A DNA stretch of 64,000 nt. Source: an uncultured Clostridia bacterium. Its GTDB lineage: Bacteria; Bacillota; Clostridia; TANB77; CAG-508. A program made the position numbers and the translations under genes. The DNA is taken from NCBI GenBank assembly GCA_947581805.1, contig CANPVM010000007.1:5760-69759 (forward strand). Reading direction: 5' to 3'. This document shows, piece by piece, positions 22,542 through 31,569 of the stretch (the first letter of the stretch is position 1; every line of letters begins with the position of its first letter). The notes under the pieces were generated by a model. It did no database searches, was not told where the DNA came from, and saw only the letters and a list, made by a program, of their open reading frames with translations.

Positions 22542-22745
22542 TTATAATTTGTCAATAAAATTTTTTATTTTTTCTTTTACTTCTTCTTTGTTTATTTGAA
22601 TATAATTTCCTACATATATACCAAGTGCAATTAGAATAATTCCTATCATTAGTTTATAAAATCCAGTGCATAAAATAAGAATTGCAATTAATGCTCCAAT
22701 AATGGCTCCTCTATATTTCATAAAAAAGTTTTTAATTTCATTCAT
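22542..22745 (-). CDS. small integral membrane protein (DUF2273-like)
   Basis: 67 aa with two TM segments, in the conserved position downstream of asp23/amaP. Confidence 0.6.
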   Translation of the reverse strand: MNEIKNFFMKYRGAIIGALIAILILCTGFYKLMIGIILIALGIYVGNYIQINKEEVKEKIKNFIDKL

Positions 22746-22811
22746 ATTAACTTATCATTCCTTTCTTGCAGCCAAAGTATTTTGAAAATAATACTAATTT
22801 TTTTATTTTTG

Positions 22812-23372
22812 TTATTGTTCTATTCCTTGTTTTTCTTGTGCATGTAATTCTTTAATGCTAATATTTACTTCTTTTACTTCTAAGTCTGCTGTCTTTTTAA
22901 TTGCACTTTTTATTTTGTTTTGAAGATTATTGGATAGTTCTTTTATAACTGCATTTTCTTTTACACTTAATAAAACATAAACCACTAATTTATTTTCTTC
23001 ATCTAATACAATTTTAGAGTTTACGTCTTGCGCACTATCAAAGCCTTTTGCTACATTACTAACTAATTCTTCTAGTGTGGCTTTTGAAATAACTAATTTT
23101 CCATCTGAATTTTGCAATAAAATACCATCTTTAATGCCACCTATTTCATTTTTGTCTGTACTAAAGAAAATATATTTGATAGCAAGTATAATACAAATAA
23201 TACTAATGGCTAATACTACATTGGTAGTTATTGTATCATTTAGTGCTAATTTTATTACGTCATAGATGGTTTCTGGTGTTAACCAACCAAAAATAAGTAA
23301 ACATAGTATAATAGAAATAATTAAAATAAAATTTGAAAAAATAACTAACCCTATTCTATCTAATATTTTCAT
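22812..23372 (-). CDS. amaP: alkaline-shock-response membrane anchor protein (AmaP-like)
   Basis: Two N-terminal TM helices and conserved synteny directly downstream of the Asp23-family gene. Confidence 0.6.
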   Translation of the reverse strand: MKILDRIGLVIFSNFILIISIILCLLIFGWLTPETIYDVIKLALNDTITTNVVLAISIICIILAIKYIFFSTDKNEIGGIKDGILLQNSDGKLVISKATLEELVSNVAKGFDSAQDVNSKIVLDEENKLVVYVLLSVKENAVIKELSNNLQNKIKSAIKKTADLEVKEVNISIKELHAQEKQGIEQ

Positions 23373-23435
23373 TGTTTTTTCCTCCCGTTATCTTTTGCAA
23401 AGGGTGCGTTCTATGTGTGCGCACCCTTTTGTTTT

Positions 23436-23867
23436 TTATTCTTCTGTTTTTCCCTCTTCTACGTCTTTTCCTTCTGTATTAACACCTTGTACATGTACAT
23501 TTACTTCTACAACATTTAGACCTGTCATAGTTTCTACTGCTTTTTTTACTCTGTTTTGAATTTCAAATGCGACATCTGGAATTCTAACACCATATTCTAC
23601 AATAATGTTAACATCTATTTTTGTATCTTTTTCTCCTACTTCTACTTTAATTCCTTTTGCTAGATTTTTCTTTCCACTTAATACTTCGGTAATTCCACCT
23701 GCAAATCCCCCTGCCATTTCTGCAACGCCTGGTACTTCTGCTACAGCAACACCAGCAATAACAGCGACAACATCATCGGCTATTTTTATTTCGTTTGTAT
23801 CGGTAGATAATGCAATTTCTCCACTTTCTACTACTTCTTCTTTTACTTCTTTGTTTTCTTCCATCAC
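23436..23867 (-). CDS. Asp23/Gls24-family envelope stress protein
   Basis: IADDVVAVIAGVAVAEVPGVAEM...VNVHVQGV, typical of the Asp23 family. Confidence 0.85.
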   Translation of the reverse strand: MMEENKEVKEEVVESGEIALSTDTNEIKIADDVVAVIAGVAVAEVPGVAEMAGGFAGGITEVLSGKKNLAKGIKVEVGEKDTKIDVNIIVEYGVRIPDVAFEIQNRVKKAVETMTGLNVVEVNVHVQGVNTEGKDVEEGKTEE

Positions 23868-24067
23868 AAAAACCTCCTTATATTTTTCTTTTTTGTGTGC
23901 TTTTTTGATACTATAAGTATACCAATATCTTTTTGTTTTTACAACACTTTTTTGTAATTTTTTCGTTAAATTTATTTGCTGTTTTTTTATTGATTATTTT
24001 ATGTTATTATGATATAATTTTAAACGTAACTTAAAATAGTTTCTTTTTTAAACAAGGAGGATTGCAA

Positions 24068-24733
24068 ATGCAGGAACGGACCTTGGAAAATTTAATATTG
24101 GAAGGCGAGGATTATATCTTTAGTGGTAACCTTACTATTGATGGCGATGTCAATATCAAAAACGGAAATCTAATTGTTTCCGGCACAATTACTTTTGCAG
24201 GTGATGATGCTTCTATTTCTATTGAAGGTGGAGACATTGCTAGTGAACGTCTTAAAAGTAGAGCGGATATTCTCTTACGCGATGGCGACATTTGGGTTAA
24301 GTCTTTGTCGGCATATGACATTGACTCAGATGGAAATGTTGAAGTAAATGGAGATTCCTATGTAGGTAATATCCATGCCTTAAACTATTTGGTTTCTGGC
24401 TACAATCATTCTGACAATGTTACTACTATACAGGATTTCTATGTGCTTGGCCACAATGATTCTTGTAATATTAAGGCGCGTGATGTTTTGATCGGAAATT
24501 ACAATTCGTCCGGTGCCATTCAAGCAGATTATATTCTCATTGAAGGAAATAATGATTCTCATGAAATCAAAGCACACAGTGTTTCCATTTTAGAAAATAA
24601 TGATTCTTTACAAATCGAAGCAAATTATGTTCGTATTGATGGTAATCGTTGTGACCTTAACAACTATAGTATTATTGCTAAAAAGTTTGTTTTCAATGGA
24701 AACACTATCAATGGTCACGTGTATGTTGCATAA
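24068..24733 (+). CDS. hypothetical beta-helix-like repeat protein (orphan)
   Basis: AAGGAGG RBS 8 nt before the ATG at 24068 (the track starts at a TTG at 24062). It has about six degenerate 16-18-aa repeats (G[HNY]N[DH]S..I.A..V.I). There is an in-frame CGG at 24077-24079. Confidence 0.55.
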   Translation: MQERTLENLILEGEDYIFSGNLTIDGDVNIKNGNLIVSGTITFAGDDASISIEGGDIASERLKSRADILLRDGDIWVKSLSAYDIDSDGNVEVNGDSYVGNIHALNYLVSGYNHSDNVTTIQDFYVLGHNDSCNIKARDVLIGNYNSSGAIQADYILIEGNNDSHEIKAHSVSILENNDSLQIEANYVRIDGNRCDLNNYSIIAKKFVFNGNTINGHVYVA

Positions 24734-24744
24734 AATGCAACAAA

Positions 24745-24780
24745 CCCCACTATGTTATTACATAGTGGGGCTTTTGTTTT
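24745..24780 (+). terminator. Rho-independent terminator
   Basis: CCCCACTATG-TTATTA-CATAGTGGGG followed by CTTTTGTTTT. Confidence 0.8.
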
Positions 24781-25765
24781 ACTCTAATATTTCTCCTGCC
24801 ATAATCGTATTTCCTCTTAGGAAGTCTCCTATTTGCATTCTTTTTGCATTTTCGCCTTGTATTTCTTCTACCTCGATAATTCCTTCTTTTGCCTTAATAA
24901 ATAAGCCTTTCTTATCACTTGCAAATAAAATAACTCCTTCGGCTACATCTTGTAATTTATATAAATATTCTTCTAGTTCTGGAAATAAGTAAACTAGCTC
25001 TTGCTCTGTTTTTACTTTTACTTTCCATAGTTTTAATTTCTTTCCATTTAAGAAAGTATAAGCTCCCATAATAGGGTTTAAACCTCTTACTAAATTATGA
25101 ATTTCTTCTGCTGTTTGTTCTTCCCAATTTATTTTTGCCATTTCTTTCTTTAGCATTGGGGCTAAGCTAAAATTTTCTCCTTGTTTTGTTCTGGTAATGG
25201 TTCCTGCTTCTATTTGTCTTATGGTTTCTACTAAAAGTTTTCCACCCATTTTAGAAAGTCTGTCCCAAAGCTCTCCTGTTGTTTCTTCACTTCCTATTTC
25301 AGTTTCTTCTTTTAGAATAATATCTCCTGTATCCATACCAATATCCATATACATAGTAGTAACACCAGTTGTTTTATCACCATTTAGTACAGCCCATTGA
25401 ATTGGCGCTGCTCCTCTATATTTTGGAAGAAGTGATGCATGCACATTAATACAGCCATATTTTGGAATATCTAAAATTTCCTTTGGTAAAATCTTTCCAT
25501 AAGCAACTACGCAAATGACATCTGGATTTAATTCTTGCACTGTTTGTAAAAATTCTATATTGTTTTTGACTTTTTCTGGTTGATAAATAGGAATGCCTTG
25601 TTCTATGGCATATTCTTTTACTGGAGAAAATACCATTTTCATTCCTCTTCCTTTTGGTTTATCTTGGTTCGTTACAACCCCGATTACATCATAATTTGCT
25701 TCTATTAAACTTTTTAAAGACTCTTGTGCAAAGTCTGGCGTTCCCATAAACAAAACTCTAAGCAT
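24779..25765 (-). CDS. fmt: methionyl-tRNA formyltransferase
   Basis: MLRVLFMGTPDFA...HASLLPKYRGAAPIQWA. Confidence 0.95.
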   Translation of the reverse strand: MLRVLFMGTPDFAQESLKSLIEANYDVIGVVTNQDKPKGRGMKMVFSPVKEYAIEQGIPIYQPEKVKNNIEFLQTVQELNPDVICVVAYGKILPKEILDIPKYGCINVHASLLPKYRGAAPIQWAVLNGDKTTGVTTMYMDIGMDTGDIILKEETEIGSEETTGELWDRLSKMGGKLLVETIRQIEAGTITRTKQGENFSLAPMLKKEMAKINWEEQTAEEIHNLVRGLNPIMGAYTFLNGKKLKLWKVKVKTEQELVYLFPELEEYLYKLQDVAEGVILFASDKKGLFIKAKEGIIEVEEIQGENAKRMQIGDFLRGNTIMAGEILE

Positions 25766-25788
25766 ATTACACTCCTTTTTTTATTAAA

Positions 25789-25844
25789 CCCTGTCCCAAA
25801 CTGTCCCATTTGTACCAATTGGGGACTGTCCCCAATTGTCCCTA
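25789..25844 (-). repeat. G+C-rich GGGACA-word repeat, family 2, copy c (def-fmt spacer)
   Basis: The minus strand reads TAGGGACAATTGGGGACAGTCCCCAATTGGTACAAATGGGACAGTTTGGGACAGGG. It contains an 11-bp-arm perfect palindrome CAATTGGGGAC-N-GTCCCCAATTG (25816-25838) and shares about 30 nt with 58839-58869. Confidence 0.8.
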
Positions 25845-26321
25845 ATTGTCATTTGGCTCTACATATTCTAACGTGCCGGGTATCATTTTTTCTACAAAGG
25901 TAATACCATTTAAATGGTCTATTTCATGGCATAATGCTTGTGCTAATAAATCTTTGGCATCAATTTTTATTTTTTTACCATTTTCATCTAACGCTTCTAC
26001 TTTAACCTCTTTTGGTCTTATTATTTTGGCATATTTATTAGGAAAACTTAAGCAACCTTCTTCTACTTCTTGTTCTCCCTTTTCTTTTAAAATAACTGGA
26101 TTAACTAACTTCATTGGTCCTTTTTCATCATATAAATCTATAACAATTAGCCTTTTTAAAATACCTACTTGTACAGCAGCTAATCCTACTCCATTGTATT
26201 TATGCATGGTTTCTACCATATCGTCTAATAATTCTCTTATTTTGTCATCTATGGTTTCTACTTCTCTTGACTTCTTTTTTAATATTTCGTCTCCTTCTTC
26301 TCTAATACTTCGAATTGCCAC
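25842..26321 (-). CDS. def: peptide deformylase
   Basis: GVGLAAVQVG, EGCLSFP and HEIDHLNG motifs. Confidence 0.95.
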   Translation of the reverse strand: MAIRSIREEGDEILKKKSREVETIDDKIRELLDDMVETMHKYNGVGLAAVQVGILKRLIVIDLYDEKGPMKLVNPVILKEKGEQEVEEGCLSFPNKYAKIIRPKEVKVEALDENGKKIKIDAKDLLAQALCHEIDHLNGITFVEKMIPGTLEYVEPNDN

Positions 26322-26342
26322 TTTTATTTCCTCCTTTTTGCG

Positions 26343-28583
26343 TCACATCATATTTGATGGATTGATTTCTATGGTTTGTGAGATGTTTTTTTTGCACTCA
26401 TTTTGCTCTATTGCTTGATGCAATAATGTGTTGATTTGCTCGTTATAAATACATTTTATAATCATACGCCAGCGATATTTATTTTTTATTTTGTCGATTG
26501 GTGCTGGCACCGGGCTATATAATAGAATGCCTATTTTTTCTGTTATAATTCGTTTTTTTAAGTATTCATGTATTTTTTTTGCTTGTTTTATTACTTCTTG
26601 TTCTTTTTCTGAACTAAACCCAAGTACTATTATATCGCAAAAAGGTGGATATTTCAACTGTTTTCTAATTGGTATTTCACTTTCATAGAATTCTTTATAG
26701 TCTTGCTCTTTTGCTTGTTCAATGGCTAAGCTATCTGGGTTATATGTTTGAATCAATACTTTTCCTTCTAGTTTTTCTCTTCCTGCCCTTCCTGCTACTT
26801 GCGTTAAGATTTGAAAGGTTCTTTCATTGGCTCTAAAGTCTTCTATGTTCAAGCTACTATCTGCTGCAATGACTCCTACCAATGTTACTTTTGGAAAGTG
26901 GTGCCCTTTAACAACCATTTGCGTTCCAATTAAAATATCTATATTTTCTTCCTTGAAGCGATTTAATATTTCTTCATGTGAATTTTTTTTGCTTACTGTA
27001 TCTACGTCCATACGAATAGTTGTGGCATTTGGGAATAATTTTTGCACTTCTTGTTCCAATTTTTGCGTACCGGTTCCAAAGTAACGAATGTTAGTGCTTT
27101 TACATATTGGGCATACTGTTACCTTTTTTTCTTCATAGCCACAATAATGGCATTTTAATTTATCTTGTTTTAAATGATAAGTCATTGTAATATTGCAATT
27201 TTTGCATTTTACTGTGTAGCCACAGTCTCTACACATTACAAATGTAGAATACCCTCTTCTGTTTAAAAATAAAATGGTTTGTTGTTTTTTTTCTAAATTT
27301 TCTTTGATAGCTTCTTGTAATTTTATGCTTAACATAGAACGGTTCCCATTTTGCAATTCATCTCGCAAATCAATTACTTCTACTGTTGGAAGGCTAGAGT
27401 TATTGGCTCTTTTCTTTAATTCTAATAGTTCAATTTCTCCTTTTTGAGCTTTATAGAAAGTTCCTATTTCTGGAGTAGCACTACCTAAAATAAGTGGGCA
27501 AGAATTTTCTTTTGATAAAATTTGCGCTACTTCTTTTGCATGGTATTTTGGTGTCATTTCCGATTGGTAAGAAGAATCATGTTCCTCATCTATAATAATA
27601 ACTCCAATGTTTTGAATTGGTGCAAATATTGCAGACCTAGCACCAATAACAATATCTATTTTACCCGAGGCAATTTTTTGCCACGCATCATAACGCTCTC
27701 CAATAGATAATTTGCTATGTAGAACCGCTATTTTTTCTTTTCCGAACCTTGCCATGAAACGCTCTACCATTTGAGGTGTAAGTGAAATTTCTGGTACTAG
27801 CATTATGCTTGTCTTACCTTTACTTATTGCTTTTTCAATCGCTTGTAAATATATTTCTGTTTTTCCAGAGCCTGTTACCCCAAATAACAAGAATTGGCTA
27901 TTTCTTTGCTTTTCTATTGCTTGTTCGATTTTTTGATAAGCCTGTTCTTGCTCATCATTTAACTTTAATTTTTCTGTTTTTTCTACTTCTTTGTAAAGGA
28001 AAGGATTTCTTTCTACCTGTTTTTCTACTATTTCAACATAACCATTTTTTTCTAACGTTTTTATAATTGCTCTTGAAGTGTCTGTAAATACCTCTAAATC
28101 GCTTATAGTAATTGCATCATTTTCCATTAAAAAGCGTAAAATACGAATTTGCTTTTCTGATTTTATTTTTTCATTTTCTATTTCCCACTCTATTTCGTCT
28201 TCTTCTTTTTTTAAATATACAAAATTGTTGGTTTTTTCTTTTATTCTATTTTCTACTTTATTTGTTTTGGTTCCTGGTGGTAACATGAGTTTCATGCTGT
28301 CTGATAAATTACAAAAATATCTTTTTGCAATCCATTTCGCTAGTTTGATTCTTTTTTCATTTAAGAAAGGATTGCCTGTCATGTTTGCAATTTCTTTTGT
28401 TTCAAAAGAAGTTTTTTCTTTTAAACCTACTACAAAGCCTTCTTCTAGAGTTTTTCTTCTGCCAAAAGGAACAAAAACGCGATTGCCTATTTGAATTTGT
28501 TGTTCCATGTCTTTTGGTACTTGATAGTCAAAGGTTCTATCTAAGTCTTTTGCATTGGAATTTAAAATAATTTCTGCAATCAT
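26343..28583 (-). CDS. priA: primosomal protein N' (replication restart helicase PriA)
   Basis: Walker A GVTGSGKTE, a DEEH box, and the Cys-rich zinc region CRDCGY...CKNC...CHYCGY...CPIC. Confidence 0.95.
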   Translation of the reverse strand: MIAEIILNSNAKDLDRTFDYQVPKDMEQQIQIGNRVFVPFGRRKTLEEGFVVGLKEKTSFETKEIANMTGNPFLNEKRIKLAKWIAKRYFCNLSDSMKLMLPPGTKTNKVENRIKEKTNNFVYLKKEEDEIEWEIENEKIKSEKQIRILRFLMENDAITISDLEVFTDTSRAIIKTLEKNGYVEIVEKQVERNPFLYKEVEKTEKLKLNDEQEQAYQKIEQAIEKQRNSQFLLFGVTGSGKTEIYLQAIEKAISKGKTSIMLVPEISLTPQMVERFMARFGKEKIAVLHSKLSIGERYDAWQKIASGKIDIVIGARSAIFAPIQNIGVIIIDEEHDSSYQSEMTPKYHAKEVAQILSKENSCPLILGSATPEIGTFYKAQKGEIELLELKKRANNSSLPTVEVIDLRDELQNGNRSMLSIKLQEAIKENLEKKQQTILFLNRRGYSTFVMCRDCGYTVKCKNCNITMTYHLKQDKLKCHYCGYEEKKVTVCPICKSTNIRYFGTGTQKLEQEVQKLFPNATTIRMDVDTVSKKNSHEEILNRFKEENIDILIGTQMVVKGHHFPKVTLVGVIAADSSLNIEDFRANERTFQILTQVAGRAGREKLEGKVLIQTYNPDSLAIEQAKEQDYKEFYESEIPIRKQLKYPPFCDIIVLGFSSEKEQEVIKQAKKIHEYLKKRIITEKIGILLYSPVPAPIDKIKNKYRWRMIIKCIYNEQINTLLHQAIEQNECKKNISQTIEINPSNMM

Positions 28584-28805
28584 GTTTTCCCTCCTTTCTA
28601 AATTTCTTTCAAGATATGTTTCACTTTTTATAGTTGTTCTTTCTTAATTTTTTACTCTTTTTTTCTAATATATTTTTTAATAAAAATTATATATTACTAT
28701 TTGCTATAGTATATCAAAAATTTTATCTGAAAACAATAAAAAATAAAGAAGAAAAAATAGAAAATACCTAAAATCTTACATAAGATTTTAGGTATTTTCT
28801 ACGAA

Positions 28806-29186
28806 CTATTCATGCCAGTAGAGGATAAGAGTTTTTCCTTCTAAATCATACCGCCTACGAATTCTAATTAATTCATTAATGGTAGTGATTTCTTCCTCTT
28901 CTTCATCCTCTTTGTAGTAAACTAACTCTCCGGAATGTATCTTGCTATAAGCTTCATCAAAGCTTATTTTCACATCCTTTTCCGAAGTTTTGTCATTTTC
29001 CTGCTGGATGCAGTAAATGATGCAATCTTGTGTCCCTTCCTTACTTAAATTATACAAATAATCAAGTTTTTGCAAGTCGTGGACAATTTCTTTGTTATCT
29101 TCCCTTTTACTTACTTGGCATTCTACTGCCTGTCCCCGAGCAAGCATTTCTACTGCCTGCTCATAGCTTAGTTCTTGTTTCTTCAT
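28806..29186 (-). CDS. hypothetical protein (G+C-richer orphan)
   Basis: GGAGGG RBS before the ATG at 29186 (the track starts at 29201). Two in-frame CGG codons (28851-28853 and 29136-29138). Internal duplication of a short motif: LSYEQAVEMLARGQAVECQ and ISFDEAYSKIHSGELVYYK. Its own terminator hairpin lies at about 28762-28800. Confidence 0.5.
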   Translation of the reverse strand: MKKQELSYEQAVEMLARGQAVECQVSKREDNKEIVHDLQKLDYLYNLSKEGTQDCIIYCIQQENDKTSEKDVKISFDEAYSKIHSGELVYYKEDEEEEEITTINELIRIRRRYDLEGKTLILYWHE

Positions 29187-29359
29187 GTACTTTCCCTCCA
29201 ATCGGTTGGAATTTTTACCTAGTTACATTTATATTATATCACTCTTTCCATTTTATGTCAATTATTTTTTAAATTTCTAAATATAACCCTAATTTGACTT
29301 TTATGTTAAGATATGTTATAATAAAGATATCTTAAAACTTTTTCATGGAGGTAGACATT

Positions 29360-29551
29360 ATGTTATTAAAGACAGCAAAAGGCAACTGGAATCTTCACGG
29401 CATTAACGTGATTTCTTCCGATTCCATCTATCAAAAGGTGGTAGAAGCAATCAACTCTGGCAATTTATCAGAGCAGCATCTGCAAAAGATTACTGGTAGT
29501 GCCTATCCCGTTACGGTAGACATTCAGGGAAGAAGTATCTATATGTCTTAG
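29360..29551 (+). CDS. small hypothetical protein (orphan)
   Basis: GGAGG RBS 8 nt before the ATG at 29360, with a terminator hairpin at about 29559-29592. Divergent from 28806..29186. Confidence 0.4.
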   Translation: MLLKTAKGNWNLHGINVISSDSIYQKVVEAINSGNLSEQHLQKITGSAYPVTVDIQGRSIYMS

Positions 29552-29633
29552 TTTTAAAAAAGAGAAGTCGCTATATTAGCACTTCTCTTTCTCCATTTTT
29601 ATTTACATTTCTAACTTGAGTAAAAACATGATT

Positions 29634-30194
29634 TTATTCTTTTAGCCACTTTTGATAAGCCTCTATGATTTTTTCTGCTAATATTTCAGGTTTGTCATTA
29701 GTAGTGTCTAGTACAAAATCATAATTGGATAAATCTTGTTTTTTTACATGATATAAATTAAAGTATCTTTCATTTTCTAACTGATACCTTTTTATTAAAT
29801 CTTGTTTTTGTTCTTCTATAGTATTAAAACTTTCTGTTTGTTTTCTTTTTTCATCATAAAAAGCTCTTCTAGCCGCTTCTTCTATATCTACTGTTAAATA
29901 TACTTTAAATGATTCTGGCACCGCATACCAACCAAGTCTAGCATCTATAATAAATTGATTATGTGTTTTTGCATATTCAGCGGCACTTCTTTCAATTTCT
30001 AAATCAATTTCTGGGTGCTTTTCTACATAGATATTAAAACTTGTAATATCCATGTTGTGTTCTTTAGCAAGTTTTCTAAAATATTCGCCATTTCGATAAA
30101 CCACATAATTTAATTTTTCTGCTAAAATTGTTGAAACAGCTCCTTTTCCACTTGCTAATTCTCCTGCTATTGATATAATTTCTCTTTTTTCCAT
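29634..30194 (-). CDS. cytidylate-kinase-like family P-loop protein
   Basis: P-loop IAGELASGKG, about 186 aa, with general resemblance to cytidylate kinase-like / AAA_18 family proteins. Confidence 0.55.
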   Translation of the reverse strand: MEKREIISIAGELASGKGAVSTILAEKLNYVVYRNGEYFRKLAKEHNMDITSFNIYVEKHPEIDLEIERSAAEYAKTHNQFIIDARLGWYAVPESFKVYLTVDIEEAARRAFYDEKRKQTESFNTIEEQKQDLIKRYQLENERYFNLYHVKKQDLSNYDFVLDTTNDKPEILAEKIIEAYQKWLKE

Positions 30195-30210
30195 CTTATT
30201 TTCCTATTTC

Positions 30211-30405
30211 CTATTTTTCTATTTTCACTTTTCCTTCTGCAATTTCATTTGCTGCTATAGTTACTGGTGCTTCTTCTTCTACATTTGTTAATTTTTCACT
30301 TCCGTTGGCAATTTGTCTTGCTCTTTTTGCAGTAGCAATGACTAATCTAAATTTGTTGTCTCCTGTTGTTTTTAATAATTCTGCTGTAGTTGGTTTTACC
30401 ATCAT
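30211..30405 (-). CDS. rpoZ: DNA-directed RNA polymerase subunit omega
   Basis: 64 aa, KFRLVIATAKRARQI. Confidence 0.85.
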   Translation of the reverse strand: MMVKPTTAELLKTTGDNKFRLVIATAKRARQIANGSEKLTNVEEEAPVTIAANEIAEGKVKIEK

Positions 30406-30427
30406 AATTTTATTTCCCCCTTTAATT

Positions 30428-30679
30428 TTATTCTTCTACTTCTTCCTCTTTTTCTAATCTACCTGCTACTGTTTCTGGTTGCACAGCAGATAAAATAATA
30501 TGACCTGAGTCCATAATAAGTACTGCTCTTGTTCTTCTTCCATAAGTTGCATCTACTGCATTACCATTTTCTTTTGCTTCTTGTACAATCCTCTTTATAG
30601 GTGCTGATTCTGGACTAACAATAGCAATAATACGATTGGCTGATACAATATTTCCAAACCCGATATTAATTAGTTGCAT
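30428..30679 (-). CDS. remA: RemA/YlzA family regulator (DUF370)
   Basis: [31 protein letters not shown]...[16 protein letters not shown]. Confidence 0.88.
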   Translation of the reverse strand: MQLINIGFGNIVSANRIIAIVSPESAPIKRIVQEAKENGNAVDATYGRRTRAVLIMDSGHIILSAVQPETVAGRLEKEEEVEE

Positions 30680-30691
30680 AATGTTTCCTCC

Positions 30692-31567
30692 TTATTCAAT
30701 GTTTTGCACTTGTTCTCGAATGTCTTCTAATTCTGTTTTGATATTCACTACTAAATTGGTGATTTCCAAACTGCCTGATTTTGAACCTATGGTGTTAGTT
30801 TCTCTATTCATTTCTTGCATTAAAAAGTCCATTTTTTTACCAATTGGTTTTGTTTCTTCTAACATATTTTTAAATTGCATAATATGACTTCTTAATCTTG
30901 TTAATTCTTCTTCTACTGAGCATTTATCTGCATATAAAACTACTTCCATGGCAAGTCTTGTTTCGTCTACTACATCTACTTTTAAAAGTTCTTTTATTCT
31001 TTGCTCTAATTTTACTACATATTCTTCTACAAGTCTAGTAGAATATTCAGAAATTTTTTCTACTTTTTGTGCAATTTTTTCTATTCTTAGAAGTAAATCT
31101 TCTTTTATTTTATTTCCTTCTTGCTCTCTCATGTTCACAAAATTGCTTATTGCTTCTTTTAAACATTCGAATAATTCCTCTTCAATAATTTTCTCATCTT
31201 CTTGTGTTTCTTTTAATGTTAACACTTCTGGTAATTTTGTTATTTCTGTGACAGAAAAATTTAAATTTAAATTATTTTCTTCTGCTATTTTTTTGAATTC
31301 TTGCATATATTCTTTCACTAGTTCTCGATTAACAATAATTTGCTTTCCTTCTTCACTATAGTTTTCAAATGAAATAAAAATATCTATTTTTCCTCTTGAA
31401 ATATTATTACTTATTTCTTTTTTTATTTTATCTTCTAAATAACTTAAACTTCTAGGTAGTTTTATTGTTATATCGTTATATTTATGGTTTACAGATTTTA
31501 TCTCTATATTATAAATTCTATTATTTTTTTCTAGCTTTGCTCTTCCAAAGCCTGTCATGCTTTTCAT
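30692..31567 (-). CDS. yicC: YicC/YloC family endoribonuclease
   Basis: MKSMTGFGRA... N-terminus, with the C-terminal DUF1732-like region EMNRETNTIGSKS. Confidence 0.88.
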   Translation of the reverse strand: MKSMTGFGRAKLEKNNRIYNIEIKSVNHKYNDITIKLPRSLSYLEDKIKKEISNNISRGKIDIFISFENYSEEGKQIIVNRELVKEYMQEFKKIAEENNLNLNFSVTEITKLPEVLTLKETQEDEKIIEEELFECLKEAISNFVNMREQEGNKIKEDLLLRIEKIAQKVEKISEYSTRLVEEYVVKLEQRIKELLKVDVVDETRLAMEVVLYADKCSVEEELTRLRSHIMQFKNMLEETKPIGKKMDFLMQEMNRETNTIGSKSGSLEITNLVVNIKTELEDIREQVQNIE

Positions 31568-31569
31568 TG

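Noticed and set aside
23395-23432. The hairpin AGGGTGCG-N10-GCGCACCCT after asp23, considered as a clean minus-strand terminator.
   Set aside because: The T-run lies on the plus-strand side. On the minus strand the stem is followed by UUUGCAAAAG, so its role as the asp23 terminator is uncertain. It is not listed as a feature.
30295-30306. The idea that the five frameshifts are a generic motif-driven ACGG/CCGT consensus artefact.
   Set aside because: The same string occurs in frame and harmlessly elsewhere. Examples are rpoZ GCC AAC GGA AGT GAA (NGSE) at 30295-30306, recD2 TGC AAC GGA AGG at about 3125-3130, and ACG GAA GTT at about 6264-6272. AGG preceded by A is extremely common in these genes. 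A motif-triggered error would therefore hit many genes, not only radA and recD2. Read-level verification is still needed.
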